Of a stretch of 60,890 nucleotides of DNA, positions 19,510 through 28,973 are shown one piece after another. Origin of the DNA: a virus (lineage: Duplodnaviria > Caudoviricetes); IMG/VR virus record IMGVR_UViG_3300031718_000011, positions 1 through 60,890 of that record. The stretch is one strand, 5' to 3'. Made by a program: the position numbers and the translations under genes. Position 1 is the first letter of the stretch, and the number at the start of each line of letters is the position of its first letter. A model generated the notes under the pieces. The model was not told the DNA's origin and ran no database searches. It was given only the letters and a program-made list of their open reading frames with translations.

Positions 19510-19716
19510 ATGTACACAGCGATGATCGAAGGAAAGGCCCACGGGGACGTGTTCAAGCTCTACGGCCGCTGGCGCTGGCTGCGCCAAGACGGCAAAGGCG
19601 TCGAGGTTTACCACCGCCGCGCCCGGATGCTCACAGTTCGGGAACACATTGCCCGGCTTAACCGCCTGCCGGTTTCGCAGGTTAGGCTGGTCAAGCAGCC
19701 CAAAGTGGAGGGCTGA
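19510..19716 (+). CDS. IS passenger, hypothetical protein
   Basis: AGGAG RBS, inside the left TIR. Confidence 0.65.
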   Translation: MYTAMIEGKAHGDVFKLYGRWRWLRQDGKGVEVYHRRARMLTVREHIARLNRLPVSQVRLVKQPKVEG

Positions 19717-19719
19717 GCC

Positions 19720-20064
19720 ATGGCCCCAAAATTCACCCCTGGCCCATGGATAGCTCGCAAGCTCTGGCATTGCGACGATTGCCGGAAAACTGACGAAAAT
19801 CATCACTGGGAGGTCCAAAATAAGAGAGGGCACCCCGTTGCTGACATCGAATGGAAGGTGGAAGGCAGGGAAATTGACGAAGCGAATGCTCGTTTGATTG
19901 CGGAAGCCCCGGCATTGCTCGCTGCACTCAAGACGCTCATTGAGCGGAGCGGCCACATGTCGCCTTTTGGTTCGGAAGCCAGCGTCAAGGGCGTCCGTCT
20001 GGCCGGGAAATACATGGCGGCTCTGGATGCCGCTAACGCGCTCATCGCTAAAGTGGAGGCTTAA
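19720..20064 (+). CDS. IS passenger, phage-type TPGPW...ANARLIAxAP protein
   Basis: FTPGPW...EANARLIAEAPALLAALK, a motif common in small phage proteins. Confidence 0.75.
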   Translation: MAPKFTPGPWIARKLWHCDDCRKTDENHHWEVQNKRGHPVADIEWKVEGREIDEANARLIAEAPALLAALKTLIERSGHMSPFGSEASVKGVRLAGKYMAALDAANALIAKVEA

Positions 20065-20067
20065 GCC

Positions 20068-21114
20068 ATGCCTCCCCACGCCGACGTGCTGCAATGGGAA
20101 CACCTGCCGTTCCCCAAATCGCTCCGCGAGTTCCAGCGGCTTTTCCCGACTGACATCGCGTGCGCGGCCTATCTCGAAGGCGCACGCTGGCCCAAGGGCT
20201 TTGCCTGCCCCTACTGCCATGAGAAAGGCGAGCCGTTCCGCTTTGTTGCCAAGCCCGGCGTGCTGCGCTGTAAGGCATGCCGCAAGGACGTAGCCTTGAC
20301 CGCTGGCACGATTATGGAGCGGACGCATACGCCGCTCACAACTTGGTTTTGGGCTACCTACCTCGTTTCCAGCCTCACGCCGGGCCTGTCTGCCGTTCAA
20401 TTTCAACGTCAACTTGGCCTGACAAGATACGAGACGGCCTTTCAAATCCTGCATAAACTCCGCGCGGCGATGGTGCGACCCGGACGCGACCGGATCGGCG
20501 GCAATCTTGCCCGGCGCGATCATGTCGAGATTGACGAAACCTACATCGGCGGCGAGACGCGCGGTAAGGGCAAAGGCGTTCATGCCGACGAAAAGACACT
20601 GGTCATTGCTGCCGTCGAGGTCCGCACGCGACCGCCGAAGAAAGGCGACAAGCCCGAACGCCGGGGAGGCCGATATGCTGGCCGACTCCGCTTGGAGATT
20701 GTTCCCAACCGTGGCGAAAAGGCCCTGTGCGGCTTTGTAGAAGCCGCCGTTGAACCGGGCGCGATGGTGGTTACCGACGCGGCCCCTTCCTATACGACGC
20801 TCGGCAAGCGCGGCTATGCCCACCTGCCGGTAGTCGAGGGCGGCGATCCCAAGGTGGCCGAAGAATTTTTGCCTATCGTGCATCTGGTTTTCTCAAACCT
20901 GAAAGCATGGCTGCAAGGAACGCATCACGGCCGCGTAGAGCCGAAGCACCTGCAAGCCTATCTCAACGAATTTGCCTTCCGCTTTAACCGGCGCTTCTAC
21001 CCGTTCAACGCCTTCCGCTCGTTGCTCGGTATCGGCGCCAACGGCGAAAGCCCGACCTATGCCGACCTTTACAGCGGAGATTGGGAACACCCTACGGTTA
21101 GCGGTCATGGGTAA
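20068..21114 (+). CDS. IS1595-family transposase
   Basis: Zn ribbon (RWP.GF.CP.C...C..C), EIDETYIGG, VVTD, HLVFSNLK, YLNEF.FRFNRR. Confidence 0.95.
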   Translation: MPPHADVLQWEHLPFPKSLREFQRLFPTDIACAAYLEGARWPKGFACPYCHEKGEPFRFVAKPGVLRCKACRKDVALTAGTIMERTHTPLTTWFWATYLVSSLTPGLSAVQFQRQLGLTRYETAFQILHKLRAAMVRPGRDRIGGNLARRDHVEIDETYIGGETRGKGKGVHADEKTLVIAAVEVRTRPPKKGDKPERRGGRYAGRLRLEIVPNRGEKALCGFVEAAVEPGAMVVTDAAPSYTTLGKRGYAHLPVVEGGDPKVAEEFLPIVHLVFSNLKAWLQGTHHGRVEPKHLQAYLNEFAFRFNRRFYPFNAFRSLLGIGANGESPTYADLYSGDWEHPTVSGHG

Positions 21115-21904
21115 CAACCGGATAAGCATGATTGGAATTTTGATCCCGATAGAGCGGATGTTGGAGAGTAACGATGACGATGTCGGCAGATGACGAAACC
21201 GACCTCCAATGACAAGAGCTGAGAATCCCCTCAAGAGCGAAGCTGGCTTGCAGCGCGCTATGGACAATATGTGCGCTTGCGCAATCGGTTTCATATCTGC
21301 TGGGAAAAAGAAAAGAGGTGCGCAGTTTTTGGAAGCCGCCCGCATAGCCGAAGAACGAATGGCCTATCTTAAGAAGCGCACAAAATTTGCGTCGAGCAAG
21401 CGGCGCGCTGATCCCTGATATGCACGCGATCAAAAACGAACGGGCCGCAGCAGCAGCCGAATGCCTGGGGCGACATACCGGCTCTTTGGATAAGCGTTGG
21501 CTAATGATGGTCGCAATCGAAATGCTCAAGGCTGCGGATGCAGCACAAGCCTTTTCTGTTTTGCCAATTGTCTCCCGAGAAGAAGGGGAGAGAATGAGAA
21601 CCGACGAAGCAATGGCCGTAGATGCTTTACATAACGCCTCGCGAACCAAGATCGAATCCGACGCGAAGGTGATCGCAGACAAGGATGCGGAGGTCGCGAG
21701 ACAGGCGGCTGAGCTTGATCGTATCATCCGCCTTGACAACCGCCTCTTATCCGAACGCAAGGCCAAAATTGATGAATTGAGAGAGGTGATTAAGATGGTC
21801 TATCGCGCCTACGATACGCCGAAGTGGTTAGAGGAATTGCCGCGCGCGATGGTAAAGCTCAAAAAACTTATGGATGCTGATGAGCAGACAGCGGGAGAAA
21901 AATC

Positions 21905-22111
21905 GTGAGCAGCCTTGGCAGCGAACTTCCAAAAGAAATGGCGCGCGTGCGGGATGAGTTGATGCCTATATACCAATCTATCGGCACCGCTGGCCGGTTC
22001 GCGTTGCTGATGATGTGCGCTGAACTTGACCGCGCCACTAAGGCGCTTGCCGAGGGCGACGTGATTACGATGATGCGTTCTTACGAAGCCCTCAAAGGTT
22101 TCAAAAAGTGA
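21905..22111 (+). CDS. Hypothetical phage protein
   Basis: SLG.ELPKEMARVRDEL.P.Y..IG.AG.F...M pattern, coupled to the upstream ORF. Confidence 0.65.
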   Translation: MSSLGSELPKEMARVRDELMPIYQSIGTAGRFALLMMCAELDRATKALAEGDVITMMRSYEALKGFKK

Positions 22112-22435
22112 TAAGCGATTAGCTGGGAAATCCCATGGGCGGACTACGGCGCGTTTGCAAACTGCTTGGCGGCATGACCGTCACGGCGAGAGGCCGGACG
22201 GTCAAATACGTTTGGGATTATGCTGCCGACGAGCCGGTCGAGGAAAGCGCAATGCCAGTCGGCTCAGACCGGCCGCATTTTCGATGAACATGGACAACGC
22301 ACCAGTTGAGGCTATCGAGATCGGAGAATACCGTTTGAACGATTTTGGCGTGTGGCATTGGTGGGCTACCGAGGCCGGAATCGCCTTCGAGAAGCTATTC
22401 GGTCCCGCAAAAGCAGATTAACAAGAGAACAGCGC

Positions 22436-22765
22436 CTACTCCCGAAACGCAATCGCCCCGCGCACCGACAGGCATCGCGTCCGCACCTGGCCGCCGTCGT
22501 TTCCGCTCCGGATCATCCACGCGCCGGCCTCACAATCGCCGCTGACGATCCTCCCGACGTGATGGGGCCACACCACCACGGCGCCGATGTGAGGCTGCGT
22601 AGGGCTTCCCCAGCGCGTCCAGGCCCTAGCCAGATTGTATTCGGGGCCGGGATCGACAGAGACCATTTGGCGCATTTGCCAGCCGCACCATTCGTGGGGG
22701 CGGTGGTCTTTGATGGGAGTGAAAACCGCGAAGGCCGCGGTTAGCAACGCCGTCACCTTGTCCAT
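22436..22765 (-). CDS. CHAP/NlpC-like peptidoglycan amidase, short
   Basis: WCG...AR.W..WG...GAVVVW.HHVG....SGN catalytic Cys/His pattern with a hydrophobic N-terminus. Confidence 0.7.
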   Translation of the reverse strand: MDKVTALLTAAFAVFTPIKDHRPHEWCGWQMRQMVSVDPGPEYNLARAWTRWGSPTQPHIGAVVVWPHHVGRIVSGDCEAGAWMIRSGNDGGQVRTRCLSVRGAIAFRE

Positions 22766-23372
22766 TACTGGCGGGTCGTATTGTCCGCGCCATTGCCGGC
22801 GGCATGAACGGAATTCTCATAGCTCGCCGTCAGGTGATTGATTTGCTCGATGATCGAAACCTGCTGGCCGTTGCGCATGGTGGCGATTAGGAGTTGATTT
22901 TCGAGGCGGTTGATTTGGTCCTGACGCTCGCTGAGTCTCGTATTCATAATTGCCGCTTCGGCTTTCAGGACTTCAACCTCTTTGGCCAACGCATCGCGCT
23001 CCTTGCGGACGTTGGCCATGCCTTGGGCCATGTCGAGTACTTCCTGGTCGTATTGGATGTTTGCTGTACTCATTGTGTTAGCCCTCCTGTTGCGTGGGGA
23101 AGATAGACGAAGGAAAAAAGGTAGGCAAGGTTAGATGCTGGGTCATTCCTGATGGACGCGAGCGGGTTGGCTGTCGCGTTCAACCGTCGAACAGGCGGAG
23201 CAAAAATGCTGATAGTCTTTCGGTATCTTCTTGGCCGTCCATCCGAGCGCCAGGTTTTCATCCCATGCCTGCCGGAAGGTTTTGAACTTGGCGCGCTGGC
23301 CTTCTTGATCGACGCGGAATTCTCCGCAGCCGTCGCAGGTCGTGACAATGTGGCCGCGTTCTTTTCGGATGG

Positions 23373-23549
23373 TCATGGTCGCGCAGCCGCACGCCGCAAG
23401 ATTTTGGGATCGCTATTCACATGGCATTGCGACGTGAGACAAAGACGGATTAGGGTAGAGCGTGACAAGTCCGCCGACTTCGCAGCCTTGCGGATGGCCG
23501 CTTTTTCCTCGGAACTAAGGCGAAATTTTTCTGTCTCGTCCTTTGGCAT
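23373..23549 (-). CDS. Ribbon-helix-helix (CopG/MobC-like) regulator
   Basis: KFRLS.EEK..I.KAA....LS.S.LIR, divergent from the 23625 operon. Confidence 0.7.
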   Translation of the reverse strand: MPKDETEKFRLSSEEKAAIRKAAKSADLSRSTLIRLCLTSQCHVNSDPKILRRAAARP

Positions 23550-23899
23550 AGAGCTTTGTACCCCCATTTTATTTGTTTTTCAAGCCTCTTGACGCGGGGG
23601 AACAAATGTGGGTACAACGAGGTAATGAAACAGCGCCTCTCCAATTCTCAAATTGTTATCGTCCGTTCGCTTTTTAAGCGAAGCGGTGGCCGTCCGGTTT
23701 CGCTTGATGCTGACTGGCAGCGCGAGTTTATGCCGGGACTATCACGGCGCGGGATAATTGAGGTTTGGTATAGGCAGGTCATGGGCGACGATCTTGCCCT
23801 TCGTGGCCCATTTCTTACATTGAGCATAGCCGGCGAACGGCTGGCTGCAGCAATCTTCAACCGCGCGCCTCGGCGGTTTTCAGGGGCGGAGCAAACATC

Positions 23900-24705
<806 letters not shown>

Positions 24706-24712
<7 letters not shown>

Positions 24713-24757
24713 ATTTCCGTGCCGTCTCCGGACCCCGTGATCAAGAATGAGTCAACA
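24706..24757 (-). repeat. 52-bp dispersed repeat, family 1, copy D (inverted)
   Basis: CGTGTGAATTTCCGTG-N12-CCCGTGATCAAGAATGAGTCAACA, overlapping the stop codon of 23900..24712. Confidence 0.92.
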
Positions 24758-24780
24758 CCACTTCTTGTTTTCCTTCGCTG

Positions 24781-24937
24781 TTGACAACCTGTGGAAAATT
24801 CCCGACACTTCCCCCGCAACTAAACCTTGTGCGGAGACCCTGCATGTAGAGGAAACCCCAAACAAATCCCAAACCTTTTGTGAAGACTGTTCCGATACGA
24901 AGGGGCGTCGTTTCTGAGAGGGGACGGCGCTCTTACT
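24781..24937 (+). ncRNA. Candidate small RNA with its own promoter and 3' hairpin
   Basis: TTGACA-N17-GACACT at 24781-24809, an ORF-free ~120 nt, a 5' stem CCGCA/TGCGG, and a G-U-rich hairpin at 24900-24934 that pairs well only on the + strand. Confidence 0.45.
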
Positions 24938-25456
24938 TTATGGCGGCAACGTCGCTGGCGACTTTCGCGCAGCACCGGCATTGTTGTCGATGATGATGAG
25001 CGCAGCCGCGATCTGCCGATTGATGTCCGTGATTTGCGCCTGGATCAGATCGATTCGTTTGTCCGTCGCCGAATTGATTGCGTCGATTGTTTTTTGTTCG
25101 ACCGGATCGCGTGCCAATTTGGAGGACCGCGATTCTTGAATGCGCTGAATCGTATCCACCCGGTCTTTCAAGGTCGCCATATCCCTGGCAACGCCATCCA
25201 GGAACGCCCTGTGCTCGTCCTTTGTCAGATACAGGTTGAAGGTCGCCTTGATTTCCGTCTCGCGGCGAATCAGGTCGTCTCGATTCGTATTATAATAAAG
25301 CACCGCCTGCCTGCGATCTTCGGCAGCGGTTTCCTTCACATTGGCAAATTCGTTCTGAAAGATCGTCCAGCCGGCCGCCGCCATCAATCCAACAACGGTA
25401 GCCGCTCCTACAATCGTCACCCACGAAAGCTGAATGTCGCCTTTGCCGTTGGCCAT
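24938..25456 (-). CDS. Membrane-anchored coiled-coil protein (possibly i-spanin-like)
   Basis: N-terminal TM segment followed by a long helical region, downstream of the lysis genes. Confidence 0.5.
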   Translation of the reverse strand: MANGKGDIQLSWVTIVGAATVVGLMAAAGWTIFQNEFANVKETAAEDRRQAVLYYNTNRDDLIRRETEIKATFNLYLTKDEHRAFLDGVARDMATLKDRVDTIQRIQESRSSKLARDPVEQKTIDAINSATDKRIDLIQAQITDINRQIAAALIIIDNNAGAARKSPATLPP

Positions 25457-25462
25457 TTGGGC

Positions 25463-25927
25463 CTACTGCACAATCTCGAACGGCACAGGAGGCTGCGTGA
25501 ACACTTTCGTCTTGATCGGATTGATCTGATAAACGCCCTGGAAAATATAGTCGTATTTCCCCGGTGCCAAGTCGGGAGGCAATTCCACGGGCCGGTCATG
25601 TTTGGTGCAATTGATTCCTGGATCGATATAGTTGCCGTTCAAGAAATGCATGAAGCCTCCCGCCCTGTCTCCGCTCGGGATGATAGGGCCGGCAATCATG
25701 CGAATGCCAGTACCTGGCACACCGGGCCGAATCTGGCAGACATCGACATGCAAGGTAACGGTGTCGCCGGGATGGTGCGGCGCGTCCGGCAGGAGCGCGA
25801 TGCTATGGACGATGACGGGATCGGGATCGTCAAGAAATTCCCAATAGACGACCATCACAAAGACAACAATCCAACTTGCCGTCGCGGCCGGCGTGAGGCG
25901 ATGAAGCCATTTCAGCAGGCAGTTCAT
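25463..25927 (-). CDS. Membrane-anchored beta-rich protein
   Basis: N-terminal TM, then PGDTV.L...LP.DL.PG.Y...(Ig-like) with two Cys. Confidence 0.55.
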   Translation of the reverse strand: MNCLLKWLHRLTPAATASWIVVFVMVVYWEFLDDPDPVIVHSIALLPDAPHHPGDTVTLHVDVCQIRPGVPGTGIRMIAGPIIPSGDRAGGFMHFLNGNYIDPGINCTKHDRPVELPPDLAPGKYDYIFQGVYQINPIKTKVFTQPPVPFEIVQ

Positions 25928-26151
25928 TTGCCAAAATTACTCGTGATCCATGCCCACGATTTCAGGATGCCGCCGATGCCCACAAAGACCGCGCCAAGGA
26001 CCCATATCAGCCTCCAAACCAATTGGCCGGCCTTGTAAGCATCCATAATCGGCTTGGCCTCTTTCTGAAAAGTCTCCAGTTCGGAAAGTCGCTCATCGAA
26101 GGACTTTTGGTGGGGCATCCAGCTTCCCGGAGTAGCAACAACCGCATTCAC
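25924..26151 (-). CDS. Small membrane protein (XhlA/holin-like)
   Basis: Short coiled coil plus a C-terminal TM segment. Confidence 0.5.
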   Translation of the reverse strand: MNAVVATPGSWMPHQKSFDERLSELETFQKEAKPIMDAYKAGQLVWRLIWVLGAVFVGIGGILKSWAWITSNFGK

Positions 26152-26258
26152 GTCTGCACCTGATTCCTACAATCGTACCATGACTAAAGGACTCCCCACA
26201 TTCATCCTCAAGTATGATTACACAGGCTTACGATAGTACGAAAGTCTTGGGACCGGGT

Positions 26259-26286
26259 AAAAAGTATGGGCCATTTGCGGCCCATA
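26259..26286 (-). terminator. Intrinsic terminator after the porin gene
   Basis: TATGGGCC-loop-GGCCCATA hairpin followed by CTTTTT on the minus strand. Confidence 0.7.
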
Positions 26287-26306
26287 AGTCTTGGGAGGTT
26301 CGGACG

Positions 26307-27026
26307 TTAGAACAGGATGTGACAGCGGCTTTGCGCGCCCATGCCGAACAACGACTTCGGCGCGGCTCCCGTGATGCCGACGCCAGCACCGCTCAACAGC
26401 ACTTCGGCGCGGCAGTCAGCCACAGCATTCGCTGCCACGACGTTCTGCATACCGATGCCCGCAGCCGCCTGTGCGATCCACACTTCACCTGAGGAATTCG
26501 GCCCCAGAGACGTTTGCACGTTGCGGAAGGGCACGCCAGCGTACAGGTAGGGGTGCGGAACGCTGTTCGGAGCCTGCTGGATATTCAGAGAAGGCAGGCC
26601 GGGAAACAGCGATTGCAGATTGGGCAGCGCAGCTTGGAAAGTCTGCCATGGAAAGCCGAGCTTGACGCCAGGCTCGATCTCAAACTTGTTGTTGGACGAA
26701 CATGGCGCTGCCGGCGCTCCGCACATGCTGGACGCGCCAATGTTCTGATAGGTGGCCGTCAAGTCGAGAGCGACGAAATCGAGGCCGCCCTTCCACTGAT
26801 AGCCCACCGCAGCATCGAAGCCGGCGCCAAGAGCCACGACACCAGTATTTGCGGTCGAGACCGAATCGGCCATCGAGCTTGCACCGATGCCCCAATAGAA
26901 ACCGGCCGCGTTATAGGGATAGCCAGTAACGACTGCCGGGGTAGCCTTGATCGGCATATCCGCCGCCACTGCCGCCGTCGAAGTCAGGAGCGCAAGGCCC
27001 CCAAGGATTCCAAGCAATTTGCGCAT
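26307..27026 (-). CDS. Outer-membrane beta-barrel protein (Omp25/RopB-like porin)
   Basis: Signal peptide ending AVA-A, then ADMPIKA.P...GFYWG typical of rhizobial OMPs, and a C-terminal Phe. Confidence 0.8.
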   Translation of the reverse strand: MRKLLGILGGLALLTSTAAVAADMPIKATPAVVTGYPYNAAGFYWGIGASSMADSVSTANTGVVALGAGFDAAVGYQWKGGLDFVALDLTATYQNIGASSMCGAPAAPCSSNNKFEIEPGVKLGFPWQTFQAALPNLQSLFPGLPSLNIQQAPNSVPHPYLYAGVPFRNVQTSLGPNSSGEVWIAQAAAGIGMQNVVAANAVADCRAEVLLSGAGVGITGAAPKSLFGMGAQSRCHILF

Positions 27027-27121
27027 GATCTTCTCCTGAGTTGAACTTTACGCGAATTGCTGTAACAGAGAAAGGCGTGACTAAATTACAACATCACAGA
27101 TTAAACGACGGTCTTAGGTTG

Positions 27122-27173
27122 TGTTGCCTCATTCCAGATCACGGGCTGCTCAACCGTCACGGAAATTCACACG
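27122..27173 (+). repeat. 52-bp dispersed repeat, family 1, copy E
   Basis: TGTTGCCTCATTCCAGATCACGGG-N12-CACGGAAATTCACACG, overlapping the holin stop codon. Confidence 0.92.
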
Positions 27174-27517
27174 ACCGGGGGAGGAGGCGGCGTCACAGGC
27201 GGCGTCGAATTCGTGAGCGCCTGGATTGTTTGATCTTTGGTCGCCGATGTCTTTGTCGAACCAAAATAGTACGACACGATATTGCTAACCTGCGTCGCCA
27301 GAACCCCCACAAGCGCGGTCAGCAGCGTGAATATCTGCGGGTCCGATTTCGGCGACACAAAAAACAACAGCGTAATGACGAAAATAAAAGCGACGGAGTA
27401 AAGCAGCGCGAGGATTTTTTGGGTATCGCTCCACAACTCAGGCGTCGGATGTGTTACGTTTTTCTCCGTGACCTGCGTGCCAGCCCCGTTCGCACTTGCC
27501 GTCGAAACATCCGCCAT
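27167..27517 (-). CDS. Holin
   Basis: Two TM segments, G.L......IVSYYFGS motif, next to the endolysin. Confidence 0.65.
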   Translation of the reverse strand: MADVSTASANGAGTQVTEKNVTHPTPELWSDTQKILALLYSVAFIFVITLLFFVSPKSDPQIFTLLTALVGVLATQVSNIVSYYFGSTKTSATKDQTIQALTNSTPPVTPPPPPVV

Positions 27518-27779
27518 GAAAAACCCCTATGTGTTCTGATTAATTTTCGCACGCGCGGCATCTACCGCGTCAATAACCGCCTTCGCGCCCTGCGCCTCGA
27601 TCTGCAATAAGAGAGCCTGCGGAATAGCCGATTGCTCCCATTGCGGCACGTTCGCCACGATTGCCGCCTGAACGACGGTTTTGAGCGCCGCGGCGCCGAT
27701 TTCATAGTCCTGCGGAGCTGCCATCGTCCTCACCACAAGTTTGAGATACTGTCGGGTCAACGTGGGGCATTTCGTTCTC

Positions 27780-28433
27780 CTATGCTCCCGCTGTTGCGGG
27801 TGTCGCCGCAGGCGCGGCAGGAATCAAACCGTCGCGAAACAAAAGCGCCTCATGCGTGCGCCTGTTCCACAAATCTTTTCCGACCGGCCACAGCCGACGC
27901 ATGGAAAGAAATTCGTTCGGAATCAAGTCAAAACGCTCCGCTGCCATATGAGCTTTGATATTGCGCATTTCGAGGCAGCGGTTGCCGGGAACGTCGTAGC
28001 TCGGGCCACGATTGTAAGTGAGAGAAACCAGCGCCCCAAAGCTATCACCCGACAGCTTATCTGTGTTCGGTAAATGCGCGGCCGTGATGCCTTCCCATTT
28101 CGGCAACTCGCGACCGCTGAACTGTGCCATCGATTCGGCCCAACTGATCGTAATGGAATGACCATGCGAGGCCACCCATTGCCGCGCGGTCGAACCAGTC
28201 ATTCCAGCCGCCGACGCCAAGGCACCGACACGCGCCGCGTCGATATAAGGAGACCAATCCTCGCGGATTTGCTGCGATGTCGAATAGCCGCAGTCATAGC
28301 CAATCCCGACCGTGGGACCGCTCGCACCGCCGGGCCACGAAAAGTGCGATTCAAATTTCATGTAATAATTCTGGTCGCCATCTTCCTCGGTGACAATCAA
28401 AAGGACCGCGCGCTGTGAACTTTTTACCGTCAT
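27780..28433 (-). CDS. Endolysin (lysozyme/pesticin-like muramidase)
   Basis: WPGGASG.T.GIGYD.G, GALVSL.YNRG and L..RR..EA.LF motifs. Confidence 0.85.
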   Translation of the reverse strand: MTVKSSQRAVLLIVTEEDGDQNYYMKFESHFSWPGGASGPTVGIGYDCGYSTSQQIREDWSPYIDAARVGALASAAGMTGSTARQWVASHGHSITISWAESMAQFSGRELPKWEGITAAHLPNTDKLSGDSFGALVSLTYNRGPSYDVPGNRCLEMRNIKAHMAAERFDLIPNEFLSMRRLWPVGKDLWNRRTHEALLFRDGLIPAAPAATPATAGA

Positions 28434-28973
28434 TGCACCATCCACAAATAACACCCGTGCACGACCATCGCTCCCAAATAAAATGCCGCAAAGGAGGCAA
28501 CGCCGATAAACACAATCTGCCAGGGACGCAGTTTTTCCGAATCGTCCAGCATCCTAAACGGGACCTCACAAGGATATTCATCCTGATATTTGTCGGGAGG
28601 ATTGCGCATTGTCTCCTGCCAGATGGTTGAACGCGAGATCGGGATCGCTCGTTCGGAATCGAATGACCCAAACAACCTACGAATTCATGCTCCGGATTTC
28701 CTCCGCACTCGCCTGAGCCGGTACATTGCCCTGACTGTCGGAAATCAGAATAGCCGCTCTCCTGGTTAATTCAACCCCTGCGTTTAACGCCGTCCACATC
28801 CGAATCGACAGCACCGCTTCTGTGGGCGTGCCCTTATTGACGATCACGCATACGCCTTCGACGCCATCCATGAAACCAATGATAATTGTTTCGACGGAAA
28901 GGATCATGGCGCGGTCCTGATTCTTTGATGCGATGAACCCTGACTCCGTTATCTGCATCCGTCAACCAAAGAG

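Larger units (their letters stand above)
19444..21130 (+). mobile_element. IS1595-family element (ISSod11-like) with two passenger genes
   Basis: The TIRs CATGCTTATCCGGTTGacACCC (19444) and GGGTaaCAACCGGATAAGCATG (ends 21130) fit the nnnGcnTATC end type. The transposase has D-D-H. No 8-bp TSD was seen. Confidence 0.88.

Noticed and set aside
23600-23615. Possible alphaproteobacterial LexA box (GAAC...GTAC)
   Set aside because: The spacer is 8 nt, not the 7 nt of the consensus. It is better explained as part of a TTGACG-N18-TACAAC promoter.
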